Positions 28,667-39,005 of a DNA stretch of 64,000 nucleotides are shown piece by piece (positions within the stretch are counted from its first letter, which is position 1; every line of letters begins with the position of its first letter). The DNA comes from Paracoccaceae bacterium (GTDB lineage: Bacteria > Pseudomonadota > Alphaproteobacteria > Rhodobacterales > Rhodobacteraceae). A program made the position numbers and the translations under genes. The notes under the pieces are model-generated. The model made no database searches. It saw only the letters and a program-made list of their open reading frames with translations, and was not told the origin of the DNA. Location of the stretch: assembly GCA_024236495.1 (NCBI GenBank), contig JACKKJ010000004.1, forward strand, positions 201,783-265,782, written 5' to 3'.

Positions 28667-29830
28667 TTGGGCACGCGCAGCATCACGGTCATCGGGGCGG
28701 GAATCGCCGGTCTTGCCGTCGCGCGGGCGCTGGCGATGCGGGGTTCCCGGGTCACCGTCCTTGAACAGGCGCCCGAGATCCGCGAGGTCGGCGCCGGCCT
28801 GCAGATCACCCCGAACGGCCACCGCGTGATCGAGGCGCTGGGCCTTGGCCTTGCCGCCGAACGGGAGGGCCAGCGGGCGGAGGCGGTCGAGCTGATCGAC
28901 GGCGAAACCGGCGGCCGCGTCCTTGCGATGGACCTTCTGCGGCAGCGCCCGGACGCGCCGTTCCGCTTCTTTCACCGCGCCGACCTGATCGCCCTTCTGG
29001 CCGAGGGCGCGCGCGCGGCGGGGGTGGAAATCCGGCTCCTGCAGCGGATCGAGGAGGTGACGCTGGGCGAGGGGCGGCCACGGCTGCGCACCGCGCAGGG
29101 CGCCGAGATCGAGACCGATATCCTGATCGGGGCCGACGGCCTGCATTCGCGGGTGCGCGAGGCGCTGAACGGCAAGGTCGCGCCCTTCTTCACCCATCAA
29201 GTCGCCTGGCGCGCGACGCTGCCGGCCGAACCGGACATCCGTCCGGTGGCGCAGGTCTTCATGGGCGCGGGGCGGCATGTCGTAACCTATCCCTTGCGTG
29301 GCGGGAAGCTTCGCAACCTTGTCGCCGTCGAGGAACGCCACCGCTGGGCCGAGGAAAGCTGGTCGCTGACGGACGATCCCCTGGCGTTGCGTATCGCCTT
29401 CGAGGATTTCGTGCCCGAGGTCCGCGGCTGGCTGGACCGGATCGAACGGCCGAACCTCTGGGGTCTCTTCCGCCACCCGGTCGCCGGGCGCTGGCACGGG
29501 CAGGGGGCGGTGATCCTTGGCGATGCCGCGCATCCGACGCTGCCGTTCCTTGCCCAGGGCGCCAACATGGCGCTTGAGGATGCCTGGGTGCTGGCCCATT
29601 GCCTGAGCGCCGCCGCCACGCCCGAAGCCGGTGTCGCGGGCTACCAGGCCCTGCGCGAGGCGCGGGTGCGCCGGATCGTCGCCGCCGCCAACGCGAACGC
29701 GAAGAACTATCACCTGTCGGGGATCAGACGCGACATCGCCCATGCCGGGCTGCGGCTTGTCAACCGGGTCTCGCCCTCAGCCATGCTGAACCGGTTCGAC
29801 TGGCTTTACGGCCACGACGCGACCGCCTGA
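28667..29830 (+). CDS. FAD-dependent monooxygenase (salicylate hydroxylase-like)
   Basis: GAGIAG, GADGLHS, LGDAAHPTLPFLAQGANMALEDA. Confidence 0.88.
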   Translation: MGTRSITVIGAGIAGLAVARALAMRGSRVTVLEQAPEIREVGAGLQITPNGHRVIEALGLGLAAEREGQRAEAVELIDGETGGRVLAMDLLRQRPDAPFRFFHRADLIALLAEGARAAGVEIRLLQRIEEVTLGEGRPRLRTAQGAEIETDILIGADGLHSRVREALNGKVAPFFTHQVAWRATLPAEPDIRPVAQVFMGAGRHVVTYPLRGGKLRNLVAVEERHRWAEESWSLTDDPLALRIAFEDFVPEVRGWLDRIERPNLWGLFRHPVAGRWHGQGAVILGDAAHPTLPFLAQGANMALEDAWVLAHCLSAAATPEAGVAGYQALREARVRRIVAAANANAKNYHLSGIRRDIAHAGLRLVNRVSPSAMLNRFDWLYGHDATA

Positions 29831-29833
29831 CGC

Positions 29834-31111
29834 TCAGCCCCGTTCCCGCCACCAGTCCTGGGCCTGCAGCTTCCAGTAGGTCAGTTGCGCCGCGACAAGC
29901 CCCGCCGCGCCCCCCGCCCAGTCCAGCCCGAAGGGCGCGAACATGGCGATGCGGTCGCTTTCGCCAAGGATCGCCTCGGCCACGACCTTGCCGGCAATGG
30001 CGGTGGTGTTCAGCCCGTGGCCGCCAAAGGCGGTGATGTGCCAGACGCCGGGGGCCATTTCGCCGACCTGTGGCATCAGGTGGCGCGCATAGCCCATGAG
30101 GCCGGACCAGGAAAGCTCGGTCCGCAGTTCCGCAAGCTGGGGATAGGCCGTCAGCATCTCGCGGCGCAATTCGCGCGCGATGCCCGCGGGATCGGCCGCC
30201 CGCGTGGTGATCCGCCCGCCCCACAAGAGCCGCCGGCCGCCCTCGACCAGCCGGTAGTAGTCGCCCGCCCGGCGGTCGTCGTACATGCAGGCGCGGGTGC
30301 GGATCGCGCTGGCGATCAGGTCCGGCGCTGCCTCCGTCGCCATCATGTAGGTCGCGATGGGCAGGACCGCGCGCCTCAACCGCGGCACCAGCGCGCCGGT
30401 GTAGCCCCCGGTCGCGATGACGACGCGCGGCGCCTCGATCCGGCCTGCCGCAGTCTCCACCCGCTTGGTCGGGCCCGCAAGGGCGGCGCCGGTCGCGGGC
30501 GTGCCTTCGTAGATGCGCCCGCCCAGCCGCTCCACCTCGGCCGCGATGGCGCGGGCGGTGTTCAGCGGATGGATGTGAAAGGCGTTCGGATCATGGATCG
30601 CGTGAAAGTAGCGCGGGCTTGTCACATGTTCGGCCAGCGCCGCCCGGTCGAGATAGGCAAGCTCGTAGCCATAGACGTCGGCGAATTCCGCGACATGGGC
30701 CTTCATGTCGTCGGCGCGGTCGAAGCGGCGCAGGCTGAACAGCCCCGGCACCAGCCCGGCGCTGTCGATCGAAAGGTCGCGGATCGTGGCGCGCAGCCGT
30801 TCCACCCCCTCGATCGAGAGAAGGTGCAGCGCCCGCGCGGCCTCGGGCCCGACGCGGGCGCGGATCGCCTCGTCGCCGCCCGCGAAGGCCGGGCTGACCA
30901 GCCCGCCGTTGCGCCCCGAGGCGCCGAAGCCGACGCTCTCGGCCTCGAGAAGCGCGACTTTCGTCCCCGCGCGTGCCAGTTCCAGCGCCGTCGTCAGCCC
31001 GGCAAGCCCGCCGCCGACGATGGCCACGTCGGCCTCTTCGCGGCCCGAAAGCGCGGCACGGGTCCGCCGGTCTTCCAGCGTGCGCACATAATAGGTGTCG
31101 GGATAGGCCAT
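29834..31111 (-). CDS. FAD-dependent oxidoreductase (DAO/PuuB-like)
   Basis: GGGLAG, GASGRNGG, FGGHG motifs. Confidence 0.85.
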   Translation of the reverse strand: MAYPDTYYVRTLEDRRTRAALSGREEADVAIVGGGLAGLTTALELARAGTKVALLEAESVGFGASGRNGGLVSPAFAGGDEAIRARVGPEAARALHLLSIEGVERLRATIRDLSIDSAGLVPGLFSLRRFDRADDMKAHVAEFADVYGYELAYLDRAALAEHVTSPRYFHAIHDPNAFHIHPLNTARAIAAEVERLGGRIYEGTPATGAALAGPTKRVETAAGRIEAPRVVIATGGYTGALVPRLRRAVLPIATYMMATEAAPDLIASAIRTRACMYDDRRAGDYYRLVEGGRRLLWGGRITTRAADPAGIARELRREMLTAYPQLAELRTELSWSGLMGYARHLMPQVGEMAPGVWHITAFGGHGLNTTAIAGKVVAEAILGESDRIAMFAPFGLDWAGGAAGLVAAQLTYWKLQAQDWWRERG

Positions 31112-31114
31112 GGC

Positions 31115-31894
31115 TCAGGCGTCCAGCTCGATCCAGACCGGCACATGGTCCGAAGGCTTGTCGCCGTCGCGCACCGCCTTGTCGATCCCCGCGCCGCGCA
31201 TCAGGTCGGCCGCCTGCGCGCTCAGGAGCATGTGGTCGATGCGGATGCCGTTGTTCTTCTGCCAGGCGCCGCCCTGGTAGTCCCAGAAGGTATAGATCCC
31301 CGGACGCGGATCGCGGATGCGGATCGCCTCGGTCAGGCCAAGGTTCAGGATCGCGCGGAAGGCCGCGCGGGATTCGGGGCGAAACAGCGCATCCTCCACC
31401 CAGGCCTCGGGCCTGGCGGCGTCGATCGGGTCGGGAATGACGTTGTAGTCGCCGCCGAAGACCAGCGGCATCTCGCTGGTCAGCATCTGCGCCACCCGTG
31501 CCTTCATCCGCGCCATCCAGGCCAGCTTGTAGTCGAACTTCGGTCCCGGCGCGGGGTTGCCGTTCGGCAGGTAAAGACAGGCCAGGCGCACGGCGGTCCT
31601 GCCGATCACCGTCGCCTCGATCCAGCGCGCCTGTTCGTCCGTATCGTCGCCCGGCAGCCCGCGCGCCACATCCTCAAGGGGCAGCCGCGACAGGATCGCG
31701 ACGCCGTTGAATCCCTTCTGGCCATGGGTTTCGACGCGATAGCCGCGATCCTCGAAGATCTCGCGCGGGAAGCCTTCGTCGACCGACTTGATTTCCTGCA
31801 AGAGCGCCACGTCGGGCGCCTCGGCGTCCAGCCAGGCGGTCAGCGCCTCGATCCGCGCCTTGACGCCGTTGATGTTGAACGTGGCGATCTTCAT
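31115..31894 (-). CDS. xth: Exodeoxyribonuclease III
   Basis: TFNINGVKAR, LQEIK, YLPNGNP, GDYN, GIRIDH, SDHVP. Confidence 0.95.
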   Translation of the reverse strand: MKIATFNINGVKARIEALTAWLDAEAPDVALLQEIKSVDEGFPREIFEDRGYRVETHGQKGFNGVAILSRLPLEDVARGLPGDDTDEQARWIEATVIGRTAVRLACLYLPNGNPAPGPKFDYKLAWMARMKARVAQMLTSEMPLVFGGDYNVIPDPIDAARPEAWVEDALFRPESRAAFRAILNLGLTEAIRIRDPRPGIYTFWDYQGGAWQKNNGIRIDHMLLSAQAADLMRGAGIDKAVRDGDKPSDHVPVWIELDA

Positions 31895-31951
31895 GGGCAG
31901 CCTCCCTCGATGCCACCTTGTCGCCGGGATCGGCCCGAAGGGCAAGCGCCG

Positions 31952-31987
31952 CCCCTTCATTCTGGCCCCAATACTCCCGCCGGAGGC
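31952..31987 (+). repeat. Dispersed REP-like intergenic repeat, copy C
   Basis: CCCCTTCATTCTGGCCCCAATACTCCCGCCGGAGGC. Confidence 0.8.
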
Positions 31988-32068
31988 GACCCGAGCCGCG
32001 CCTGCCCCCGCAGGCGCGGCGAAAGATGCCTTGCGCGCCGCAACGGCGCGCGCCGCCGTCCTTCAGGC

Positions 32069-32401
32069 TCAGATCGAGAAGCTGGTCCCGCAGCCGCAAG
32101 AGGAGGTGGCGTTCGGGTTCTCGATCACGAAGCGCGCGCCGATCAGCTCGTCGGAAAAGTCGATGACCGCATTTGCGAGGAAGGGCAGGGACACCGTGTC
32201 CACCAGCACCTTCTGGCCCGCACCTTCGAGGACAAGGTCGTCGGGCGCGGGATCGTCCAGCGTGATCTCGTACTGGAACCCCGAACAGCCGCCGCCCGAG
32301 ACAGCGACGCGCAGCGCCTTGGCCGCACCGGCGCCCTCGTTGATCTCGGCCAGGCGCGCGAAGGCGCGCGGGGTCACTTTGGGCGGCAGGTTCAGGTCCA
32401 T
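32069..32401 (-). CDS. erpA: A-type Fe-S carrier (HesB/IscA/ErpA family)
   Basis: GGGCSGFQY and NPNATSSCGCGTSF. Confidence 0.88.
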   Translation of the reverse strand: MDLNLPPKVTPRAFARLAEINEGAGAAKALRVAVSGGGCSGFQYEITLDDPAPDDLVLEGAGQKVLVDTVSLPFLANAVIDFSDELIGARFVIENPNATSSCGCGTSFSI

Positions 32402-32471
32402 CGGGAAAATCCCTGTCATTTCCTTGGTCCCACAATATATGAAGAGGCAACGGAACGACAAGAACGGTACG

Positions 32472-33659
32472 ATGACGCTTGCCCCCTATGCCTGCCAGCC
32501 CGACGACAGCCGCGGCAGGCTTCATCCCGAAAGCATGTCCACCTTCCGCTCGCCCTTCCAGCGCGATCGGGACCGGATCATCCATTCCTCGGCCTTCCGC
32601 CGGCTGAAGCACAAGACCCAGGTCTTCGTGGAGCACGAAGGCGACTATTACCGCACCCGTCTGACCCATACGATCGAGGTGGCGCAGGTCGCGCGCACCA
32701 TCGCCGGCACGCTTGGCCTCAACGTCGAACTGGCCGAGGCGGTGGCACTGGCGCATGACCTTGGCCACCCGCCCTTCGGCCACACCGGAGAGGATGCGCT
32801 GCATGAGCTGATGGCGCCCTACGGCGGTTTCGATCACAACGCCCAGGCGCTCAGGATCGTGACCAGGCTCGAACGCCATTATGCGGGCTTCGACGGGCTG
32901 AACCTGACCTGGGAAACCCTTGAAGGCATCGCCAAGCACAACGGGCCGGTGACCGGACCCAGGGCTTCGGGGTCGCACGCCGTGCCCGAAGGCGGCCAGA
33001 TGCCCTATGCGCTGGCCGAATGCAATGCGGCCTGGGATCTGGAGCTTTCGACCTTCGCCTCCGCCGAGGCGCAGGTGGCCGCCGTGGCCGACGATGTCGC
33101 CTACAACCATCACGACCTTCACGACGGGCTGCGCGCGGGGCTTTTCACCGAGGACGACCTGATGGAGCTTCCGGTGACCGCCCCCGCCTTCGAGGAGGTG
33201 GACCGCCTGCATCCCGGCCTCGATCCGACACGGCGGCGCCACGAGGCGCTGCGGCGCGTCTTCGGCGTGATGGTGGAAGACGTGATCGCGGTGGCCGAAA
33301 ACCGGCTCGAGGCCAGCCGGCCGCAGTCGGTCCAGGACATCCGCGACATGGACGGGCCGATCATCCGCTTCTCGAAGCCGCTTTACCAGAACCTCAAGGC
33401 GATCAAGTCCTTCCTTTTTACCCGGATGTACCGCGCGCCTTCGGTCGTGGTCGAACGCCGGCGCGTGACCGCGATGATCCGCGATCTGTTCCCGCTGTTC
33501 CTCAAGGACCCGGCGCTCTTGCCCGCCGAATGGCGCGCCGATGTCGCCGCGGCGCGGGACGAGACGGAACTTGCGCGGGTCGTCCTCGACTATGTGGCCG
33601 GGATGACCGACCGGTTCGCGATCCAGGAACACGACCGGCTTTGCGGCGGCGGGGCCTGA
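32472..33659 (+). CDS. dgt: dGTP triphosphohydrolase
   Basis: FQRDRDRIIHSSAFRRLKHKTQVF, RTRLTH, HDLGHPPFGH, DYVAGMTDRFA. Confidence 0.93.
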   Translation: MTLAPYACQPDDSRGRLHPESMSTFRSPFQRDRDRIIHSSAFRRLKHKTQVFVEHEGDYYRTRLTHTIEVAQVARTIAGTLGLNVELAEAVALAHDLGHPPFGHTGEDALHELMAPYGGFDHNAQALRIVTRLERHYAGFDGLNLTWETLEGIAKHNGPVTGPRASGSHAVPEGGQMPYALAECNAAWDLELSTFASAEAQVAAVADDVAYNHHDLHDGLRAGLFTEDDLMELPVTAPAFEEVDRLHPGLDPTRRRHEALRRVFGVMVEDVIAVAENRLEASRPQSVQDIRDMDGPIIRFSKPLYQNLKAIKSFLFTRMYRAPSVVVERRRVTAMIRDLFPLFLKDPALLPAEWRADVAAARDETELARVVLDYVAGMTDRFAIQEHDRLCGGGA

Positions 33660-33665
33660 TCGGGC

Positions 33666-33717
33666 CCCCTTCATTCTGGCGCAAATACTCCGGGGTCCGG
33701 GGCAGGGCCCCGGCCCC
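33666..33717 (+). repeat. REP-like repeat copy D (same core, different hairpin tail)
   Basis: CCCCTTCATTCTGGCGCAAATACTCC followed by hairpin GGGGTCCGGGGC-AGG-GCCCCGGCCCC. Confidence 0.75.
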
Positions 33718-33793
33718 TATCCACTTGCCCGCCGCGCGCCATTGACGCGCGGGCGCGGCTCTGGCATGCCCGGCCGGAACAAAGGGACCGATC

Positions 33794-35539
33794 ATGAACC
33801 TGTTTTCCGACATCCGCGCACTGGTCATCGAAAGCCTCGCCGCGATGCAGGCCGAGGGCGCATTGCCCGCCGGGCTGGACATGACCAACGTCGCCGTGGA
33901 GCCGCCGCGCGACGCGGCCCATGGCGACATGGCCACCAATGCCGCGATGGTCTTGGCCAAGCCCGCGGGCCAGAACCCCCGCGCCATCGCCGAGGCGCTG
34001 GCCGCGAAGCTTGGTGCAGACCCCCGCATCGTCACCGCCGAGGTCGCCGGGCCCGGATTTCTCAACCTGCGCCTGACCCGGGACGCCTGGCGCGGTGTCG
34101 TCGCCGCGGCCCTGGCGCGCGGGCGCGATTTCGGCCGGTCCGACCTGGGGCAGGGCGTCCGGGTCAATGTCGAATTCGTGTCGGCCAATCCCACGGGGCC
34201 GATGCATGTCGGCCATACCCGCGGCGCGGTCTTCGGCGACGCGCTGGCGGCACTTCTGGATTTCGCGGGCCACGAGGTCACGCGGGAATACTACATCAAC
34301 GACGCGGGCGCGCAGGTCGATGTGCTGGCGCGGTCGGCCTACGAACGCTACCGCGAGGCCAACGGCCTTGATCCCGAGATCCGCGAGGGGCTTTACCCCG
34401 GCGACTACCTGATTCCGGTGGGCGAGGCGCTGAAGGCGAAATACGGAACCAGCCTGATCGACCAGCCCGAAAGCGCCTGGCTGGCCGATGTGCGCGAGTT
34501 TGCCACCGCCGAGATGCTTCAGATGATCCGCGACGACCTCGCGCTTCTGGGCGTGAAGATGGATGTCTTCACCTCCGAACGCGAAATCACCGCCTCTGGC
34601 CGGGTGGAAGAGGCGATCGAGACCCTGCGCGGCATGGGGCTGATCTACGAAGGCACGCTGGAGCCGCCGAAGGGCAAGTTGCCCGAGGATTGGGAAGAAC
34701 GCGAACAGACGCTCTTCCGTTCGACCGCGCATGGCGACGACGTGGACCGGCCGGTGAAGAAATCGGACGGCGCCTGGACCTATTTCGCCCCCGACATCGC
34801 CTACCACTGGGACAAGGTGAAACGCGGCTACGACCAGCTGATCGACATTCTTGGCGCCGACCACGGCGGCTATGTCAAGCGGCTGAAGGCGGTGGTCTCC
34901 GCCCTCTCGAACGGGCGCGTTCCGCTGGAGGTCAAGCTGATCCAGCTGGTGAAGCTTTACAAGAACGGCGAGCCCTTCAAGATGTCCAAGCGCGCCGGCA
35001 CCTTCGTGACGCTGCGCGACGTGGTCGAACAGGCGGGCCCGGATGTCACCCGCTTCGTGATGCTGACGCGCAAGAACGACGCGGCGCTGGATTTCGACTT
35101 CGACAAGGTCCTGGAACAGTCCAAGGACAACCCGGTCTTCTATGTGCAATACGCCCATGCGCGCGTCTGTTCGGTGATCCGCAAGGCCGCCGAGGCGGGC
35201 ATACCCGCCGATGACGCCGCGCTGGCCGGGGCCGATCTGGCGCATCTGTCGCACGAGGCGGAGCTTGCGCTGGCGCGCAAGATCGCCGAATGGCCGCGCC
35301 TGATCGAGATCGCCGCGCGCGGGCAGGAGCCGCACCGCATCGCCTTTTACCTCTACGAACTGGCATCGGAACTGCACGGGTTGTGGAACCGCGGCAACGA
35401 AGAAACCGAACTTCGCTTCGTCCAGGAAGGCAATGTGCCGGTTTCTCAGGCGAAAATCGCGCTTGCACGGGCCACGGCCGTTGTCATTTCCGCTGGTCTT
35501 GGTATCCTTGGCGTGACCCCCGCGGAAGAAATGCGCTGA
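33794..35539 (+). CDS. argS: Arginine--tRNA ligase
   Basis: [12 protein letters not shown] (HIGH), [15 protein letters not shown]. Confidence 0.97.
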   Translation: MNLFSDIRALVIESLAAMQAEGALPAGLDMTNVAVEPPRDAAHGDMATNAAMVLAKPAGQNPRAIAEALAAKLGADPRIVTAEVAGPGFLNLRLTRDAWRGVVAAALARGRDFGRSDLGQGVRVNVEFVSANPTGPMHVGHTRGAVFGDALAALLDFAGHEVTREYYINDAGAQVDVLARSAYERYREANGLDPEIREGLYPGDYLIPVGEALKAKYGTSLIDQPESAWLADVREFATAEMLQMIRDDLALLGVKMDVFTSEREITASGRVEEAIETLRGMGLIYEGTLEPPKGKLPEDWEEREQTLFRSTAHGDDVDRPVKKSDGAWTYFAPDIAYHWDKVKRGYDQLIDILGADHGGYVKRLKAVVSALSNGRVPLEVKLIQLVKLYKNGEPFKMSKRAGTFVTLRDVVEQAGPDVTRFVMLTRKNDAALDFDFDKVLEQSKDNPVFYVQYAHARVCSVIRKAAEAGIPADDAALAGADLAHLSHEAELALARKIAEWPRLIEIAARGQEPHRIAFYLYELASELHGLWNRGNEETELRFVQEGNVPVSQAKIALARATAVVISAGLGILGVTPAEEMR

Positions 35540-35605
35540 CAACAGGCGCCACGCCCGGGTCTCGACAGGCAAGCGGGCGGTTCGCCGCCCGGAGCGAGGC
35601 GGAGC

Positions 35606-36538
35606 ATGGCGGATATCGACTTCGACGACTTCCCGGCCGAGGCGGGTCATTCCGCGCCACGGTCCGAGCGGGTTCAGACATTTCTTGGCGCGGCGGGGGC
35701 GCTGACCTCGGTTGCGCTGGTGCTGGGGCTGGTCGTCTGGGGCTACAAGCTGGCGGTGCGCGACGTGACCGGCATTCCGGTGATCCGCGCGCTTGAGGGG
35801 CCCGCCCGCATCGCGCCGGAAAACCCCGGCGGCGAACTGGCCGAACACACCGGGCTTGCGGTCAACGCGATCGCCGCCGACGGCGTCGCGGCGCCGCCGG
35901 CCGAAACGCTGACGCTGGCGCCGGGCGCGGGCGAACTTGCGCCCGAGGATGTCGCGGGCGGCGATCTTGCGGGCCTGCCCCCGGCCGCCACGGACAGCCT
36001 GCCGGCACCGGCTGCGCCCGGTGGCGATGTCGTCGCGGCCCTGCCGATGGCCGAGCCCGTCCTTGCCGATCCGTTGCCGGACGGGGCGCCCGAACCGCTC
36101 CTGGAGGCGGCCGAGGACGCGATGCCCGCCGACCGGCTTTCCGTCCTGCGGCCGGTGCCCCGGCCGGCGCGGCCAACCGCCGATGCGGGCGCCGAGGGCT
36201 TCGACGCCGAGGCGGCCGCCATTGCCGCCGCGGTTGCCGAGGCCATGGCCCCCGTCGCGGTCGAAGCCAACCCCGCCTCCCTTCCCGCGGGCACAAGCCT
36301 TGCCCAGCTTGGGTCCTTCGATACCGAAGTGGAGGCGCGGCTTGAGTGGGACCGCATCGTCGCCCGCTACGGCGCGCTGATGGACGGGCGCCAGCGCGTG
36401 ATCGAGCCCGCCGAATCCGGTGGAAACAGTTTTGTCCGGCTCAGGGCGGCGGGCTTCGACAGCATCGAGGACGCGCGCCGGTTCTGTTCGGTCCTCTTGT
36501 CCGAAAACACGCAATGCGTTCCGACCCAGACGAAGTAG
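35606..36538 (+). CDS. SPOR-domain protein (FtsN-like)
   Basis: N-terminal TM, Pro/Ala linker, C-terminal AQLGSF...RLRAAGF..ARRFC. Confidence 0.85.
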   Translation: MADIDFDDFPAEAGHSAPRSERVQTFLGAAGALTSVALVLGLVVWGYKLAVRDVTGIPVIRALEGPARIAPENPGGELAEHTGLAVNAIAADGVAAPPAETLTLAPGAGELAPEDVAGGDLAGLPPAATDSLPAPAAPGGDVVAALPMAEPVLADPLPDGAPEPLLEAAEDAMPADRLSVLRPVPRPARPTADAGAEGFDAEAAAIAAAVAEAMAPVAVEANPASLPAGTSLAQLGSFDTEVEARLEWDRIVARYGALMDGRQRVIEPAESGGNSFVRLRAAGFDSIEDARRFCSVLLSENTQCVPTQTK

Positions 36539-37545
36539 CAGGCGGCGCGCGGCCCTCTGCGACGATCCTGGGCTGCGCCGGACCGGTGCTTTCCCAGGAC
36601 GAGGCCGCATTCTTCCGCGCTGCGAACCCCCTGGGGTTCATCGTCTTTGCGCGCAACGTCGCGGACCCCGAACAACTGCGCCGGCTGACCGGCGAACTGC
36701 GCGAGGCGGTCGGCCGCGACGCGCCTGTGCTGGTCGATCAGGAAGGCGGGCGGGTGCAGCGGCTCCGCGCGCCCTACTGGCGCGAATGGCTGCCGCCGCT
36801 CGATCAGGTCGAAGCCAGCGCGCCGGGGGCGATGGAACGCGGCCTTTGGTTGCGCTACCGGCTGATCGCCGACGAGCTGCGCCGGGTGGGGATCGACGCC
36901 GATTGCGCGCCCTCGGCCGATATCGCCTGTGCCGACACCCATCCCTTCCTGCGCAACCGCTGCTTTGGCAGCGATGCCGCGACGGTGACACGCGCGGCAC
37001 GGGCCGCGGCCGACGGGCTTCTGGCGGGCGGGGTCATCCCGATCCTCAAGCATATGCCCGGCCATGGACGCGCCGTCGCGGACAGCCACCTTGAGCTTCC
37101 GACCGTCACCGCGCCCGAGGCGGACCTGATGCGCACCGACTTCGCCCCCTTTGCCGCGCTCAACGACCTGCCGGTCGGGATGACGGCGCATATCCGATTT
37201 GCCGCGATCGACCCCGACCGCCCGGCGACGGCATCGCCCGCGATGATCGACCTGATCCGCCGCCGCATCGGGTTCCAGGGGCTTCTGCTGACCGACGACA
37301 TCTCGATGCAGGCGTTGTCGGGAACGGTCCCCGAACGCGCCCGTCGCGCGATCGCGGCGGGCTGCGACATCGTCTTGCACTGCAACGGCACCCTCGACGA
37401 GATGGCGGCAACCGTCGCGGCCACGGGCCCGATGTCGGACGCGGCCCTTCGCCGCGCCGCCACCGCGCTTGCGCTGCGGGAAGCGGCCGAGCCCATTGAC
37501 ACCGCCCTTCTTGAGGCCGAACTTGAAGCGCTTCTGAAGGGATAG
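36514..37545 (+). CDS. nagZ: Beta-N-acetylhexosaminidase (GH3); start uncertain
   Basis: DQEGGRVQRL, KHMPGHG, DSH, TDDISM. Confidence 0.9.
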   Translation: MRSDPDEVAGGARPSATILGCAGPVLSQDEAAFFRAANPLGFIVFARNVADPEQLRRLTGELREAVGRDAPVLVDQEGGRVQRLRAPYWREWLPPLDQVEASAPGAMERGLWLRYRLIADELRRVGIDADCAPSADIACADTHPFLRNRCFGSDAATVTRAARAAADGLLAGGVIPILKHMPGHGRAVADSHLELPTVTAPEADLMRTDFAPFAALNDLPVGMTAHIRFAAIDPDRPATASPAMIDLIRRRIGFQGLLLTDDISMQALSGTVPERARRAIAAGCDIVLHCNGTLDEMAATVAATGPMSDAALRRAATALALREAAEPIDTALLEAELEALLKG

Positions 37546-37548
37546 CGC

Positions 37549-38337
37549 ATGGCCGATCCGAGCCTTTTCGTGGAAGACGCCCAGTCCGTCAGCGACCGGC
37601 TTCAGGCCGAGGCGCTGATCGTCGACGTGGACGGGTTCGAGGGGCCGCTTGACCTTTTGCTGACGCTGTCGCGCACCCAGAAGGTCGACCTGCGGCGGAT
37701 ATCCGTCCTGCAACTGGCCGAACAGTATCTTGTCTTCGTCGACAGGGCCAAGAAGCTGCGGATCGAACTGGCCGCCGACTACCTGGTGATGGCCGCCTGG
37801 CTTGCCTTTCTGAAGTCGCGCCTTCTGTTGCCGCCCGACCCGACCGAGGACGGGCCCTCGGGCGAAGAACTGGCCGCGCATCTGGCCTTTCAGCTGGAAC
37901 GCCTTCAGGCGATGCGCGAAAGCGCCGCGCGTCTGATGGCGCGCGACCAGAAGGGGCGCGACTTCTTCGTGCGCGGCATTCCGGAAGATGTCCGCCGCAG
38001 CCGCAAGATCCAGTATTCCGCGACGCTTCTGGACCTGATGCAGGCCTATGCACGCATCCGCACCCGCGACGAGTTTCGCCCCTATGCCTTCGACCGGCAC
38101 CATGTCTTCACGATGGAACAGGCGCTGGAACGGATGCGGGGGCTGATCGGCTATGCGGGCGATTGGACCGACCTGCAAAGCTATCTGCCCGACGGCTGGG
38201 GCGCCGACCCGGCGCGCCGGCGGTCGGCCACCGCCTCCACCTTCGCGGCCTCTCTCGAACTCGCCAAGCAGGGCCAGATCGAGATCAGGCAATCGGAAAC
38301 CTTCGCCCCCATCGCGATCAGACGGAAGACCCCGTGA
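37549..38337 (+). CDS. scpA: Segregation/condensation protein A
   Basis: FEGPLDLLL, AADYLVMAAWLAFLKSRLLLP. Confidence 0.94.
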   Translation: MADPSLFVEDAQSVSDRLQAEALIVDVDGFEGPLDLLLTLSRTQKVDLRRISVLQLAEQYLVFVDRAKKLRIELAADYLVMAAWLAFLKSRLLLPPDPTEDGPSGEELAAHLAFQLERLQAMRESAARLMARDQKGRDFFVRGIPEDVRRSRKIQYSATLLDLMQAYARIRTRDEFRPYAFDRHHVFTMEQALERMRGLIGYAGDWTDLQSYLPDGWGADPARRRSATASTFAASLELAKQGQIEIRQSETFAPIAIRRKTP

Positions 38338-38990
38338 CCGACGCAGCCGATACCGAACCGCGCGACGCGGAGAAGAGCCTGTTCGAAGCGCCGCCGATGG
38401 CCGAACAGGAACGCATGGTCGAGGCGATCCTGTTCGCCTCGGCCGATCCGGTATCGGTCGCCGAAATGGCGGCGCGGATGCCCCACGGCTGCGACCCGGC
38501 AGAGGCGCTTGTCTACCTGCGACGGCGCTACGAGGGGCGCGGCGTGCGGGTGGTCAAGGTGGGCGACGCCTGGGCGATCCGTACCGCGCCCGACCTCGGA
38601 TTCCTGATGCAGAAGGAGATCGTCGAGACGCGCAAGCTGTCGCGCGCCGCGATCGAGACGCTGGCCATCGTCGCCTATCACCAGCCCGTCACCCGCGCCG
38701 AGATCGAGGAGATTCGCGGCGTCGCGGTCAGCCGGGGAACGATCGACCAGCTTCTCGAACTGGACTGGATCCGCTTTGGCCGCCGCCGCATGACCCCGGG
38801 CCGACCCGTCACCTTTGTCGTGACGCAGGATTTCCTGGATCATTTCGGGCTGGAAAGCGCGCGCGATCTGCCGGGGCTGAAGGAGCTGCGCGCCGCCGGG
38901 CTTCTGGACAGCCGGCCGCTGCCTGGAAGCGGCACCCCGGACGACGACAGCGAGGACCAGAGCGGGCAGAGCGAGCTGTTCGAGGACTAG
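38334..38990 (+). CDS. scpB: SMC-Scp complex subunit B
   Basis: EAILFAS, LSRAAIETLAIVAYHQPVTRAEIEEIRGV, FLDHFGL; GTGA overlap with scpA. Confidence 0.94.
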   Translation: MTDAADTEPRDAEKSLFEAPPMAEQERMVEAILFASADPVSVAEMAARMPHGCDPAEALVYLRRRYEGRGVRVVKVGDAWAIRTAPDLGFLMQKEIVETRKLSRAAIETLAIVAYHQPVTRAEIEEIRGVAVSRGTIDQLLELDWIRFGRRRMTPGRPVTFVVTQDFLDHFGLESARDLPGLKELRAAGLLDSRPLPGSGTPDDDSEDQSGQSELFED

Positions 38991-39005
38991 GGCAGGGCGC
39001 GCGCC

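Noticed and set aside
36514-36560. nagZ has no start codon after the SPOR stop (possible frameshift)
   Set aside because: In-frame ATG at 36514 overlaps SPOR by 25 nt and the catalytic motifs are intact.
29885-36610. Long ORFs 29885-32758 (+), 31674-33674 (-) and 33671-36610 (-)
   Set aside because: Antisense to well-supported genes (oxidoreductase, xth, dgt, argS, SPOR); shadow ORFs.
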